Assembly (NCBI GenBank): GCA_947258975.1
Contig: CAMYKK010000013.1
Location: forward strand, 9,496 to 73,495
Reading direction: 5' to 3'
Source of the DNA: an uncultured Gammaproteobacteria bacterium
Lineage (GTDB): Bacteria > Pseudomonadota > Gammaproteobacteria > Arenicellales > JAANXG01
Length of the DNA: 64,000 nucleotides
A program made the translations under genes and the position numbers. Positions 47,130-57,321 of this stretch are shown here, piece by piece (the first letter of the stretch is position 1; each line of letters starts with the position of its first letter). The notes beneath the pieces were generated by a model. That model did not search any database. It saw only the letters and a program-made list of their open reading frames with translations, and had not been told where the DNA came from.

Positions 47130-48551
47130 CTAATTTTTACTATCCGTGTCTCCGTCCGTCCGCAGGGCAAGAAACAAGGATCGGTTCTCGCGACGAATCA
47201 AAACTGGCACCGATTTGCCGGGCGTAAGCTGATCGACTATCTTTTTGAAGGAGTCTACATCGGTAATCGTCGCGTCCTGAATCTGAACGATCACATCACC
47301 GGTCTGTATTCCAGCCCGTTTGGCTGGACCCGGTGCGACATCCGCCACGAACACACCCTCATCGAGCTCCATCTTTTTCTTTTGCTCGCTTGTAAGGTCC
47401 TTAACCGTCATGCCCAACAACTTATCGTCCACCGCCCGGTCTCCGGCACGCTCTGCGAGTTGTCGCTCGTCTTCCGGTAACTCACCGATAGTAACGTCGA
47501 CGATTCGCGATTTACCTCCGCGAATCACCTCGAGCTTTACCGTATCCCCAATCGGTGTAAAGCCCACCAAGGGCGGCAGGTCCGACATTCTCGACAGGTC
47601 ACTGTCGTTGTAGCGCAGAATGATGTCACCGGGCTTGAGGTTCGAGTCCGCAGCCGGGCTGTTTGGCATAATCTCGGACACCAATGCTCCAGTGGGCTTC
47701 TCCATGCCGAAAGACTCTGCCAACTCGCTGGTGACATCTTGAATTAGCACACCCAACCATCCGCGCGACACTTTACCGGAGCGTTTGAGTTGATCCATGA
47801 CTTCGGTGGCGATATTTATCGGCACGGCAAACGACAGCCCCATAAAACCGCCGGTGCGGCTGTAAATCTGTGCGTTGATACCCACTACTTCGCCGTCAAG
47901 ATTGAATAGCGGCCCACCGGAGTTGCCGGGATTAATGGCGACATCGGTCTGTATGAATGGCACGTAGTTCTCGTTTGGTAAGCTTCTTCCTTTCGCCGAT
48001 ACTATGCCTGCCGTTGCCGTGCTCTCAAAACCAAACGGTGATCCGATTGCGAGCACCCATTCCCCCACCGAAAGTCGCTCTGAATTACCTATCCTCACCG
48101 CTTGCAATCCGTCAGCTTCGACCTTCAGCAGCGCGACATCGCTACGCCTGTCAGATCCGATCACCTTGGCCTTAAGTTCGCGGCGATCGCTGAATCGCAC
48201 CAATATTTCCGTCGCGTCAGCAATCACATGAGCAGAGGTCATAATATAACCGTTTTCAGAAATCACGAATCCAGAGCCCAAGGAACGGGCATCTCGCTCC
48301 TCTGGGAGCTCATCGAAGAAGCGGCGAAAGAAATCACGAAACGGGCTGTCCTCCGGTAGATCCGGAATATTAAATTCGCGCGGTGTCTTATGGCTCTTCA
48401 GGACCTGTGTGGTGCTGATATTTACCACCGCACCCGCGGTTTGTTTAACCAACGAAGCAAAATCCGGTAGTTCCCCGCGATACGCGAAGACCGCATTCCC
48501 AACGCTAAGCAAGAGCAAAAAGGTGACAATCTTGGTAATTTTAAAGTTCAC
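47130..48551 (-). CDS. mucD: Periplasmic serine endoprotease DegP/MucD (HtrA family, two PDZ domains)
   Basis: Catalytic triad context TSAHV…DVALLK…GNSGGPL. Two PDZ-like segments. Follows rpoE-rseA-rseB. Confidence 0.9.
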   Translation of the reverse strand: MNFKITKIVTFLLLLSVGNAVFAYRGELPDFASLVKQTAGAVVNISTTQVLKSHKTPREFNIPDLPEDSPFRDFFRRFFDELPEERDARSLGSGFVISENGYIMTSAHVIADATEILVRFSDRRELKAKVIGSDRRSDVALLKVEADGLQAVRIGNSERLSVGEWVLAIGSPFGFESTATAGIVSAKGRSLPNENYVPFIQTDVAINPGNSGGPLFNLDGEVVGINAQIYSRTGGFMGLSFAVPINIATEVMDQLKRSGKVSRGWLGVLIQDVTSELAESFGMEKPTGALVSEIMPNSPAADSNLKPGDIILRYNDSDLSRMSDLPPLVGFTPIGDTVKLEVIRGGKSRIVDVTIGELPEDERQLAERAGDRAVDDKLLGMTVKDLTSEQKKKMELDEGVFVADVAPGPAKRAGIQTGDVIVQIQDATITDVDSFKKIVDQLTPGKSVPVLIRRENRSLFLALRTDGDTDSKN

Positions 48552-48559
48552 GTTCCGTA

Positions 48560-49528
48560 CTACTCCGTTCTGGTAACCGACATGGCGATCATGTTTACCG
48601 TCTTGGACGGTACCTCGCCCACAACGGTGACTTGATAATTATCGATCACTGTGCCGTAAGCGTTGATCGCTCCCATACTATTTAGTCCACTGAAAGGCTT
48701 GCTTGAATCTGCCAGTTTCTCCACGAAAATCGATACCGCTGCCAGCCCATCTGAATATACCAAATGCTCGACCAATTGTTCGCGTATTGGCGATATTCTT
48801 TTCATCTTGCGTGACAACATGAATCCGTCCGGATGTCGCGCTGCCCTCCATTTTACATCTCCTTGGATGATTTTGGGTTCATCTTTCTTGTTTACACCGT
48901 ACCAAACCAGCTTCTTTTTAGGTGTCGACGGAACTAAATCCTTTTCGGCTATCGGTTCACCGATGTGTATATCCGTAAACATATACTGCTCGACGGGCGC
49001 CGAATCGGCATCCATCAATGACGCCTTGAGCAATAGCCCGGAATCTTCATCTATCCAGAGATCGTGACCGTAACGATATTCGTCTTTCGGCAGCACCCAG
49101 ATTTGTACCGCGTTGCGATCGGCAATACGGTCTCTGCCGCCCATGGTAATGCGGTAGTTGTTTTCGAGTTGTTCCAACCGCTTGGGAAGGATGTGTGGAA
49201 AATTTTTACTAGAGACCTGACGGTACTCATGGACCCCCATCCTTCGGTCCGGAAGGTAGCACCATACTTGCTCGGCATCGCGCACGATCTCCCGTGGCGC
49301 GCCATTGAGCGAATAGATGCGTTCCCTGATGATCCCGCCCTGGGAACGATGTACTACACGCATCACCTCGATTTGGTTTTGCTTCACGTAGATGAATGTC
49401 CCCCGGTAATCCAGCTCCATGGCGGCATCGTTCATCTTCATCAACCAATGCCGGACCTCCTCATCCGACTTAGCTGAAAAAGATATCAAGCAGAGCAGGA
49501 CGAGAAACAGTTGCGGCACGTAGCTCAC
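48560..49528 (-). CDS. rseB: Sigma-E regulatory protein RseB/MucB
   Basis: 322 aa with a signal peptide. WLMKMNDAAMELDYRGTFIYV matches the RseB N-terminal pattern. ATGA-type overlap with rseA. Confidence 0.85.
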   Translation of the reverse strand: MSYVPQLFLVLLCLISFSAKSDEEVRHWLMKMNDAAMELDYRGTFIYVKQNQIEVMRVVHRSQGGIIRERIYSLNGAPREIVRDAEQVWCYLPDRRMGVHEYRQVSSKNFPHILPKRLEQLENNYRITMGGRDRIADRNAVQIWVLPKDEYRYGHDLWIDEDSGLLLKASLMDADSAPVEQYMFTDIHIGEPIAEKDLVPSTPKKKLVWYGVNKKDEPKIIQGDVKWRAARHPDGFMLSRKMKRISPIREQLVEHLVYSDGLAAVSIFVEKLADSSKPFSGLNSMGAINAYGTVIDNYQVTVVGEVPSKTVNMIAMSVTRTE

Positions 49529-50058
49529 TTTCTGGTATCGTAACTCACAAATTTCGCATACGATACTAGCCCGTTCAAACCCGCCATCGGCGTGAACTCT
49601 CCGTGTTCCACCAAGAATGCGTTCAGTTGATCTTCATGTTCCGGGAGGGCGTTTTCCCACCTTGTAGGGTGGTCGATGATGGCAACCGACGAAGATTGAT
49701 TATTCGCATCCAGCATCTCCACATCTCGATTCAGCACATACACAACGACTGCAGACACAGCCATTATCGACGCCGCCATCGCCATAGTGGGAGTCCAACC
49801 AAAGTGTGATGATCGTGTTCTGTATGCCGGTAGTCGCGATTGCGATTTATACGACTGATCACGACTAACCACTTGCGCAACACGCTGCGCGAGTCCCGGG
49901 TTGTGTGTTTTGATCTCGCGACGAAACGCGGCACTAATGAGGTTGTATCGGTTCCACAAGTCAGCAAATTCTGCGTTTTTACTGACCGTGTTCAAGGCCT
50001 CCTCCTGCTCACGTTTCGATAGCTCGTTATCTAAAAGTGCTGAAATATTTTCTTTCAT
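49525..50058 (-). CDS. rseA: Anti-sigma-E factor RseA/MucA
   Basis: N-terminal ISALLDNELS…W.RYNLI pattern. Central TM segment MAMAASIMAVSAVVVYVL. Confidence 0.75.
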   Translation of the reverse strand: MKENISALLDNELSKREQEEALNTVSKNAEFADLWNRYNLISAAFRREIKTHNPGLAQRVAQVVSRDQSYKSQSRLPAYRTRSSHFGWTPTMAMAASIMAVSAVVVYVLNRDVEMLDANNQSSSVAIIDHPTRWENALPEHEDQLNAFLVEHGEFTPMAGLNGLVSYAKFVSYDTRK

Positions 50059-50097
50059 ATGGGCTCTATACCTTGCCGTTTTCGTCGTTCCCCTTTT

Positions 50098-50715
50098 CTA
50101 CTTCAACAATGGCCGCAAATGTTTATCGATCGCCTCCCGCGCCCGGAATATTCGTGACCGTACCGTCCCTATCGGGCACTCCATCACTGTCGCAATCTCT
50201 TCATAGCTAAGGCCCTCGATCTCCCGAAGCGTGATCGCTGTACGTAAATCCTCGGGAAGTTCCTGAACCGATCTGCTAACCCGATCGGCCAGCTCCTTAC
50301 TCAACAAATTGGATTCGGGTGTTCCTATGTCGCGAAGGTTTTTGCCCGATTCCGTGAGTTCTGCGTCGCTTGCGTCGACATCGGTGTTAGGAGGACGGCG
50401 GCTCTGCGCGACCAAATAGTTCTTGGCCGTATTAATGGCGATACGATACAGCCACGTGTAGAACGCGCTATCCCCACGAAAACCTCCAATCGCACGGTAT
50501 GCCTTGATAAAAACTTCCTGAGCGATATCCTCGATTTCTGAGTGATCGTAAACATAGCGGGAGATGATATTCGAAACCTTGAACTGATATTTTCGAACCA
50601 ACAAATCGAAGGCGCTTTTATCGCCATCTTGAACCCGCTTTACGATTACAGCGTCCACACCCTGACGGTCCCCACCCGACTTCATTCGATCAGAACCGGG
50701 TATGGCCGCCTGCAT
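50098..50715 (-). CDS. rpoE: RNA polymerase sigma-E (sigma-24, AlgU/RpoE)
   Basis: VKRVQDGDKSAFDLLVRKYQFKV…AQEVFIKAYRA…FYTWLYRIAINTAKN…REIEGLSYEEIA. The start could instead be the ATG at 50685. Confidence 0.9.
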   Translation of the reverse strand: MQAAIPGSDRMKSGGDRQGVDAVIVKRVQDGDKSAFDLLVRKYQFKVSNIISRYVYDHSEIEDIAQEVFIKAYRAIGGFRGDSAFYTWLYRIAINTAKNYLVAQSRRPPNTDVDASDAELTESGKNLRDIGTPESNLLSKELADRVSRSVQELPEDLRTAITLREIEGLSYEEIATVMECPIGTVRSRIFRAREAIDKHLRPLLK

Positions 50716-50726
50716 GCGTTAACGAG

Positions 50727-50753
50727 AAAGACAATAACGTAGGCGTAAAGTTC
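50727..50753 (-). promoter_or_regulatory. Candidate sigma-E-dependent (autoregulated) promoter of rpoE
   Basis: The minus strand reads GAACTT-N16-TCTTT, compared with the consensus GGAACTT-N16-TCnaA. Confidence 0.35.
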
Positions 50754-50887
50754 GGTCCGATCCACTGAACTACTTAATTAGTTTATGATTTGAAAGTTTT
50801 TTGGATGCCGGATATTTACAGAACGAAACATTTCAACGGCAGTATAATACCTGAAAATCAAGCGATTCGCCGTCTTGGCTCGAGAAC

Positions 50888-52537
50888 GTGACTGAGAGAA
50901 ACCCTGTGGATGTTTTGGTAATCGGCGCCGGCCTGGCCGGCTTGGGATTGGGCCTGCGCGTCGCACAAGCCGGTCTGCAGGTGACGATACTTGCCAAAGG
51001 AGCACTCACCGAGGGTTCCAGCCTGTATGCCCAAGGCGGGATTGCTGCAGTCATTGGAGAATATGACTCCTTCGCAGCCCATATCCAAGACACGCTCACC
51101 GCCGGAGCCGGACTCTGTCACCGTGACGCAGTGGAGCATATCGTGCGCCGCGGGCCAGATAATATTCAGTGGTTGATCGGACAAGGTGTCGAGTTCGATC
51201 GGCTGAACGATTCTAAAGGTACGCGGAATTTCCACTTGACCCGTGAAGGCGGTCACAGCCACAGGCGGGTCATTCACGCCCGGGACGCGACTGGCCGGGC
51301 GGTGGAGAACACCTTGGAAGCAAAGGTGCGTGCGCACCCCAACGTTACCGTCTTAGAAAACCATATCGCTGTGGATCTAGTCAGCTCCGGCAAACTCGGA
51401 CTCGATCCGCCGGAGCGCAATCTGGGCGCGTTTGTCTTTGACATGAGCTGCAATCGTATTACGCCGATCTCGGCGCGCGTCACCGTACTGGCGACCGGTG
51501 GCGCTTCCAAGTCTTACCTTTACACCAGCAACCCTGATACGTCGACCGGCGATGGTATCGCCATGGCCTGGCGAGTCGGTTGCCGTGTCGCCAATATGGA
51601 GTTCGTGCAGTTCCACCCGACTTGCCTTTATCATCCCCATGCGAAGTCATTGTTAATCTCCGAGGCGGTACGAGGCGAGGGCGGGAGGTTATTGCTACCG
51701 GACGGCAAACAATTCATGCAACAGCATGACTCGCGCGGTGAACTGGCTCCTCGGGATATCGTTGCGCGCGCCATTGATTACGAAATGAAGCGCCATGGTT
51801 ACGATTGCGTCTATCTGGATATCAGTCAGAAATCCTCTTCATTCGTCAAGGGGCACTTTCCCAATATCTATGAACGGTGCCTTGAATTTGGCATTGATAT
51901 GACCAAACAGCCCATTCCGGTGGTTCCCGCCGCACATTACACCTGCGGTGGCGTGTTGACCGATCTAAGAGGACGTACGGATCTGTTGGATCTATATACC
52001 ATCGGGGAATCGGGCTTTACCGGCTTGCACGGAGCGAATCGTCTGGCGAGCAACTCCCTCCTTGAGTGCCTCGCGCTGGCTGAATCCGCGAGTAAAGACA
52101 TCGTAAAACGGGTGACCGATCCCACCGCTGAAGTCATCGCCTTGCCGAAATGGGACGAAAGCCTGGTCACCGATCCCGATGAGCGAGTTGTGGTTTCGCA
52201 TAACTGGGAAGAATTGCGGCGCTCGATGTGGGATTACGTAGGCATCGTACGCACCGACAAACGGTTACAACGAGCCCAACGGCGAATCGCATTGTTACAG
52301 GAAGAGATCCGGGACTTCTACAGCAACTTCACGATAAACAGTGATCTTATAGAACTGCGAAACTTGGTCGCGGTGTCCGACCTTATCGTCAAATCCGCAT
52401 TGAGCCGCAAAGAAAGCCGCGGGCTCCATTACACACTGGACTACCCGCATCCGGAAAAGACTTCTTACCCACAAGATACGATAGTCGTACCAACAAACTT
52501 CGTAGGTGCTCACCTGGATCCCCGGTGGACCGAGTAA
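50888..52537 (+). CDS. nadB: L-aspartate oxidase
   Basis: [16 protein letters not shown] fold, AQGGIAA, HPTCL, RGEGG. 549 aa with a GTG start. Divergent from rpoE, as in enterics. Confidence 0.95.
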   Translation: MTERNPVDVLVIGAGLAGLGLGLRVAQAGLQVTILAKGALTEGSSLYAQGGIAAVIGEYDSFAAHIQDTLTAGAGLCHRDAVEHIVRRGPDNIQWLIGQGVEFDRLNDSKGTRNFHLTREGGHSHRRVIHARDATGRAVENTLEAKVRAHPNVTVLENHIAVDLVSSGKLGLDPPERNLGAFVFDMSCNRITPISARVTVLATGGASKSYLYTSNPDTSTGDGIAMAWRVGCRVANMEFVQFHPTCLYHPHAKSLLISEAVRGEGGRLLLPDGKQFMQQHDSRGELAPRDIVARAIDYEMKRHGYDCVYLDISQKSSSFVKGHFPNIYERCLEFGIDMTKQPIPVVPAAHYTCGGVLTDLRGRTDLLDLYTIGESGFTGLHGANRLASNSLLECLALAESASKDIVKRVTDPTAEVIALPKWDESLVTDPDERVVVSHNWEELRRSMWDYVGIVRTDKRLQRAQRRIALLQEEIRDFYSNFTINSDLIELRNLVAVSDLIVKSALSRKESRGLHYTLDYPHPEKTSYPQDTIVVPTNFVGAHLDPRWTE

Positions 52538-52579
52538 TGGGGTCGGAGTGCATTAAAAAAATGCACTCCGACCCCATTA
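52535..52579. repeat. Perfect ~19-bp palindromic (REP-like) element between convergent nadB and ygfX
   Basis: TAATGGGGTCGGAGTGCAT-taaaaaa-ATGCACTCCGACCCCATTA. It shares the core GGGGTCGGAGT/ACTCCGACCCC with the hairpin at 18450..18491. Confidence 0.6.
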
Positions 52580-52624
52580 AGGCCGGACCCCATTACTACC
52601 GCGCCAGTCCTCGACCCTACCGAG

Positions 52625-53068
52625 TTAGATCGAAACACATTGACGCAAGCGCATCTTCAGACAGCGAAAAACAGCGGGATCCGTCGTTTCCCTCGTCATA
52701 ATTACTGACCAACCGCGCCTGCTCTTCAAGGTGTAATGCGCTATGATCCAGTTGGGACTCAGAAAGTGTGACCTAAGGCACACGTTGCGCAATGTCTGCG
52801 ACCGCCGACGATACAGCGTCCAGGTGCCGTCTACCTCAAGTGTCAGTAGCACAATTGCTGCGGGATGTGTTCTGCGTACATGGACTAAGGTGCAGTAACG
52901 ATGACTGGCAACGAGTCCGAATAGAATCAAAAGCAGCAGCCAAGTCGGCGCTTGGACGAATCCCAGCATGATTGCGGTCGCCAGGTGCGCCGCATGGTTG
53001 ACCAACGCAAGCCGTTTATCGAATCTTAGCGGGACGTGCAGCGGCTTCTCGAATCCGTTCGATAACAC
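52625..53068 (-). CDS. ygfX: YgfX/CptA-like inner-membrane protein
   Basis: 147 aa with two TM helices near the N-terminus. It lies immediately downstream of sdhE, the E. coli ygfY-ygfX arrangement. Confidence 0.6.
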   Translation of the reverse strand: MLSNGFEKPLHVPLRFDKRLALVNHAAHLATAIMLGFVQAPTWLLLLILFGLVASHRYCTLVHVRRTHPAAIVLLTLEVDGTWTLYRRRSQTLRNVCLRSHFLSPNWIIAHYTLKSRRGWSVIMTRETTDPAVFRCLKMRLRQCVSI

Positions 53069-53270
53069 TCACCAACTCCTGGTCTAAGGGAGACTCCCTT
53101 CCATATAACCAATCCATCAACAAAGGATCGGGCATCTCCAATAATTCACGGAATTTACCCTTTTTGTCGGGCGACAAACGGCCATATTCTCCTTCCAGGA
53201 AATTTTGCAGTGCGATATCCAATTCACGAATTCCCCGGCGACAACGCCACCGAATTCGCGAATCGACCAT
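53016..53270 (-). CDS. sdhE: FAD assembly factor SdhE (YgfY)
   Basis: RIRWRCRRGIRELD…FLE…DPLLMDWL contains the conserved RGxxE motif. 84 aa from the ATG at 53270. Confidence 0.85.
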   Translation of the reverse strand: MVDSRIRWRCRRGIRELDIALQNFLEGEYGRLSPDKKGKFRELLEMPDPLLMDWLYGRESPLDQELVSVIERIREAAARPAKIR

Positions 53271-53277
53271 GGGTATT

Positions 53278-54057
53278 CTAACGCCTCGCCACAATCAATT
53301 TCTTGATTTCGGCAATAGCTTTCCCGGGATTCAAACTTTTGGGACAGGTTTTACTGCAGTTCATGATGGTATGGCAACGGTATAATCGAAACGGGTCAAT
53401 CAGATTGTCTAAGCGTTCCCCGGTTGCCTCGTCGCGACTGTCCACGATCCAGCGATAAGCCTGCAAAAGAATCGCCGGTCCAAGGTAACGATCACTATTC
53501 CACCAGTAACTGGGGCAACTCGTAGAACAACATGCACACAGAATACACTCGTACAGTCCATCCAAACGGGCGCGCTCTTCCTTGGATTGCAATCGTTCAC
53601 GGTCCGGTGGCACCGGAGTCGTGGTCTGCAACCAGGGCTTGATGGACGCGTATTGCGCGTAGAAATGCGTCATGTCCGGCACCAGATCTTTCACTACCTG
53701 CATATGCGGCAATGGGTAAATTTTTACTGTGCCGTTAACATCTTCAATAGGCTTGGTACACGCGAGTGTGTTGGTGCCATCGATATTCATTGCGCACGAT
53801 CCACAAATTCCCTCGCGGCAGGATCGCCTGAAAGTTAGTGTCGCATCGATTTCATTTTTGATTTTGATCAGCGCATCCAACACCATCGGACCACAACGAT
53901 CCATGTCCAGTGCATACAGATCGATGCGTGGGTTTTCGCCACTATCAGGATCCCACCGGTATATCTTGAACGATTTTGCATTGTTCGTCCCTTCCGATGC
54001 TGAATGAGTAACACCCGCAGTGATTTTTGAATTTGCCGGTAAAGTGAATTCGACCAT
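53278..54057 (-). CDS. sdhB: Succinate dehydrogenase iron-sulfur subunit
   Basis: The cluster motifs [25 protein letters not shown] and [12 protein letters not shown]. Confidence 0.95.
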   Translation of the reverse strand: MVEFTLPANSKITAGVTHSASEGTNNAKSFKIYRWDPDSGENPRIDLYALDMDRCGPMVLDALIKIKNEIDATLTFRRSCREGICGSCAMNIDGTNTLACTKPIEDVNGTVKIYPLPHMQVVKDLVPDMTHFYAQYASIKPWLQTTTPVPPDRERLQSKEERARLDGLYECILCACCSTSCPSYWWNSDRYLGPAILLQAYRWIVDSRDEATGERLDNLIDPFRLYRCHTIMNCSKTCPKSLNPGKAIAEIKKLIVARR

Positions 54058-54109
54058 AAACGCAACCCGTGCTTATAAGATTACTGGATTTTCATCGCAA
54101 ATATTCGCA

Positions 54110-55897
54110 TTAATAAACCCTTGCCTTTGGCGGGATGGGCTCTACGTCATCGGTTAACGTGTAATCATGCACAGGACGATAGTCGATACCCGTCTTACCA
54201 TGGTCATCCAACCAGGCGAGCGTGTGTTTCATCCAGTCTTTGTCGTCACGTTCCGAAAAATCCTCGCGGGCGTGGCCGCCCCGGCTCTCCTTACGATTGT
54301 TCGCTGAATCAATAGTCACTAACGCCTGCCGCAGGAGATTCTCCAATTCCAACGCCTCGGCCAAATCAGTGTTCCAGATCATGGATCGATCTGCCACCTT
54401 GACATCCTTGAACGATTCCCAAACCTCTGCAAGCTTGGCGATCCCCTCCTCCATGACTTCCCCAGTCCGAAACACCGCACAGTGATTCTGCATCGTTCTT
54501 TGCATGTTCAACCGAATCTCCGCGGTGCTCGTGGACCCATCGGCATAACGCAATTTATCCAGCCGCGCGATGGCCGCCTCGGTCGCATCTTTCGACCACG
54601 GTTTCTGCGTTGCCCCGGGTGTTACCACCGCCGCCGCACGATGCGCGGCCGCGCGTCCAAAGACGATCAAATCCAGCAAAGAATTCGATCCCAAACGGTT
54701 CGCACCGTGAACCGAGACGCAGGCGGCTTCGCCAATCGCCATCAAGCCCGGGACCACATGATCCGGATCACCATCTCGTAATGTGATCATTTCTCCGTGA
54801 TAGTTAGTCGGAATTCCACCCATGTTGTAATGCACCGTCGGCAATACCGGAATAGGTTCTTTGGTGACATCGACCCCTGCAAAAATCTTGGCAGTTTCAG
54901 AGATGCCGGGCAGACGCTCCGCCAGCAAGTCCGGCCCCAGATGCTCAAGATGCAAATAGATATGATCTCGATCAGCACCCACCCCGCGGCCATCCCGGAT
55001 TTCCATGGTCATAGACCGTGACACCACATCTCGGGAAGCCAGATCCTTGGCATTTGGGGCATATCTCTCCATGAACCGCTCCCCATCGGAATTCGTGAGA
55101 TAACCCCCTTCGCCACGAGCACCTTCGGTGATCAGGCAGCCCGATCCATAGATTCCGGTGGGATGAAATTGCACAAATTCCATGTCTTGTAACGGCAACC
55201 CGGCGCGCAACACCATTGCATTACCGTCACCGGTACATGTGTGCGCCGACGTGCAGGAGAAATACGCACGGCCATAGCCGCCGGTTGCGAGCACGACGAG
55301 TTGTGCGCGAAAGCGATGTAGGGTGCCATCATCCAAGCACCACGCCAGCACGCCACGGCACTCTCCTTCGTCCATGAGCAGATCGAGGGCGAAGTATTCG
55401 ACGTAGAACGCGGCGTTATGCTTGAGTGACTGTTGATACAAGGTATGCAGTATGGCATGCCCGGTGCGATCAGCCGCTGCACAAGTACGCATCGCTTGCC
55501 CCTGACCGAAATGTGTGGTCATGCCGCCGAACGCACGCTGATAAATCTTGCCGTCGTCAGTGCGGGAAAAAGGAACGCCGTAGTGTTCCAGTTCAATGAC
55601 CGCCTCCGGTGCTTCCCGACACATGTATTCGATGGCGTCTTGATCGCCAAGCCAGTCCGATCCTTTCACGGTGTCGTACATGTGCCAACGCCAGTCATCT
55701 TCGCCCATATTCCCCAATGCTGCACTCATCCCACCCTGCGCCGCCACCGTGTGGCTGCGGGTGGGAAACACTTTGGTGATGCAAGCTGTCGACAACCCTG
55801 CGGCTGCCATGCCAAACGTGGCACGGAGGCCGGCGCCGCCCGCTCCCACTACAATCACGTCGTAGCTATGATCAATAATCGTATACGGTTCGGACAC
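54110..55897 (-). CDS. sdhA: Succinate dehydrogenase flavoprotein subunit
   Basis: [25 protein letters not shown] (FAD-linking His), HPTGI, RGEGG. Confidence 0.95.
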   Translation of the reverse strand: MSEPYTIIDHSYDVIVVGAGGAGLRATFGMAAAGLSTACITKVFPTRSHTVAAQGGMSAALGNMGEDDWRWHMYDTVKGSDWLGDQDAIEYMCREAPEAVIELEHYGVPFSRTDDGKIYQRAFGGMTTHFGQGQAMRTCAAADRTGHAILHTLYQQSLKHNAAFYVEYFALDLLMDEGECRGVLAWCLDDGTLHRFRAQLVVLATGGYGRAYFSCTSAHTCTGDGNAMVLRAGLPLQDMEFVQFHPTGIYGSGCLITEGARGEGGYLTNSDGERFMERYAPNAKDLASRDVVSRSMTMEIRDGRGVGADRDHIYLHLEHLGPDLLAERLPGISETAKIFAGVDVTKEPIPVLPTVHYNMGGIPTNYHGEMITLRDGDPDHVVPGLMAIGEAACVSVHGANRLGSNSLLDLIVFGRAAAHRAAAVVTPGATQKPWSKDATEAAIARLDKLRYADGSTSTAEIRLNMQRTMQNHCAVFRTGEVMEEGIAKLAEVWESFKDVKVADRSMIWNTDLAEALELENLLRQALVTIDSANNRKESRGGHAREDFSERDDKDWMKHTLAWLDDHGKTGIDYRPVHDYTLTDDVEPIPPKARVY

Positions 55898-55900
55898 CGA

Positions 55901-56281
55901 TTAACCTCCCAACGCCACACGCAGCACCAATACTACGGCTACGAGAGATAAAAATGCGGTGACAAAACTGACCGCCAACAAGCTTGCCATCTTCAACCAT
56001 TCAGTGTGAATGTAATCCTCGATTACAACCTGCACCCCCAGTTGTGCATGATAAAACGTAGATATCACAAACATGATGAGTAATGCCGTCACAATCGGCG
56101 AACGCATCCAATCGACTACTGTCTGATGATTGGCTCCGGCCAGCGAGGCAAGAGAAAACACAAACCATAAACTCAACGGAATCAAGAGCACTGAGGTAAC
56201 GCGCTGCCACCACCAATGTGACACGCCTTCTTTCGCCGGACCCAAACCCAGGGCTGTTCCCAAAGGTGTGCGTAAACCCAT
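55901..56281 (-). CDS. sdhD: Succinate dehydrogenase membrane anchor subunit
   Basis: 126 aa from the ATG at 56281, with three TM helices. SHWWWQRVTSVLLIPL. A 1-nt overlap with the sdhC stop. Confidence 0.85.
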   Translation of the reverse strand: MGLRTPLGTALGLGPAKEGVSHWWWQRVTSVLLIPLSLWFVFSLASLAGANHQTVVDWMRSPIVTALLIMFVISTFYHAQLGVQVVIEDYIHTEWLKMASLLAVSFVTAFLSLVAVVLVLRVALGG

Positions 56282-56697
56282 TATAAACTCCCTCCTCGCG
56301 CTGCGTATCCCGCGATCCACGCCATTGCCGTTAAAGCAAACGACAGCGCCACTACACCCCAACCCGACTTGTAAAGCACGGCAATATCTAAGCCAACCCC
56401 GATATCCCACGCCAGATGGCGCACGCCATTACACAGGTGATAAAAAAGTGAATACGACCAAAAAAACAAAAGTACCCGACCAAAACTGGAGCCGAGCAAT
56501 TCTTGCGCCGACGCGTAGGTTTCCGCGCCGGCAGCGATGGCCCATAACCAGTACACCAGCAGCGGTATACTGAAGGCCAGGAACATGCCGGTCCCGCGAT
56601 GCGTGATGGATAAGATCGAAGTGAGTTGTGGGCGATAGACCTGTAAGTGCGGCGACAGTGGACGATCTTTAGTTAGCATACGCGGTCTATATCCCAT
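56281..56697 (-). CDS. sdhC: Succinate dehydrogenase cytochrome b556 subunit
   Basis: RPLSPHLQVYRPQLTSILSITHRGTG, the typical SdhC N-terminus. The alternative start is 56679. Confidence 0.85.
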   Translation of the reverse strand: MGYRPRMLTKDRPLSPHLQVYRPQLTSILSITHRGTGMFLAFSIPLLVYWLWAIAAGAETYASAQELLGSSFGRVLLFFWSYSLFYHLCNGVRHLAWDIGVGLDIAVLYKSGWGVVALSFALTAMAWIAGYAARGGSL

Positions 56698-56816
56698 AAA
56701 TCTGTTTTATAGGTTTGATAAGCTACCTACGGAACGTCCCTGAAGCAAGCACCGGGTCACAGGTGTGGGTACGAGAGACCCAACGGGCACCGGGCCGTGG
56801 CGCGCGAATCACCAGC

Positions 56817-56984
56817 TTAGAAATCCACGCAGCGACCTTTCCGCTCCCAGTCGCCATAGCGCGTCGGTTCGGGACCCTTGGGGCCTCCTATCTCCCGCGC
56901 CGGTTTCTTGCCACGTGGACGCTTATCCTGGTCATCAGTAGTCTTGGTGCGACGAACTGTTTGCTGGCGTTTTTTATCGTTCAT
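56817..56984 (-). CDS. DUF1674 / SDHAF4-like small protein (55 aa; below the ORF-track length cutoff)
   Basis: Hand translation gives MNDKKRQQTVRRTKTTDDQDKRPRGKKPAREIGGPKGPEPTRYGDWERKGRCVDF*. The C-terminal GPEPTRYGDWE-KGR-x-DF motif is the DUF1674 signature. It sits directly upstream of sdhC on the same strand. Confidence 0.7.
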   Translation of the reverse strand: MNDKKRQQTVRRTKTTDDQDKRPRGKKPAREIGGPKGPEPTRYGDWERKGRCVDF

Positions 56985-57321
56985 GGTGTATTGTGCAGCG
57001 CAATAAGCCGATATTCTGTACCGAAATAGGCCCGGGTGACAAGTGAGGAGTGTCGCGCCGCACCGATAGGCCGGTGACCGGGGCCGATATCATTCGCATC
57101 AGACATGGCCAGTGTGAGTCCCGACGCTCCCCTTCCCATATATTGGCTGATCCGACGCGTGCACGACGCATCGTGAATGCCCAACACGGGATCGGGCGTC
57201 TGGGACCCGCGCGCAAACAGAACGCATGGCCATAAGCGTGAGCGGAACTCGTGGGGACGCGGCAAGCCGCCCCAGCGTCCCGCGTTTTAAACCTACTAAT
57301 GTCGTTCATAATCATATAAAT

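Noticed and set aside
41000-50100. Lower GC (about 50%) in the pdxJ-to-rseA block compared with about 58-60% in the hydrogenase/PFOR region, considered as evidence of horizontal acquisition of one block.
   Set aside because: The low-GC block is universally conserved housekeeping synteny. GC was only estimated by eye, and composition alone cannot show the direction of any transfer.
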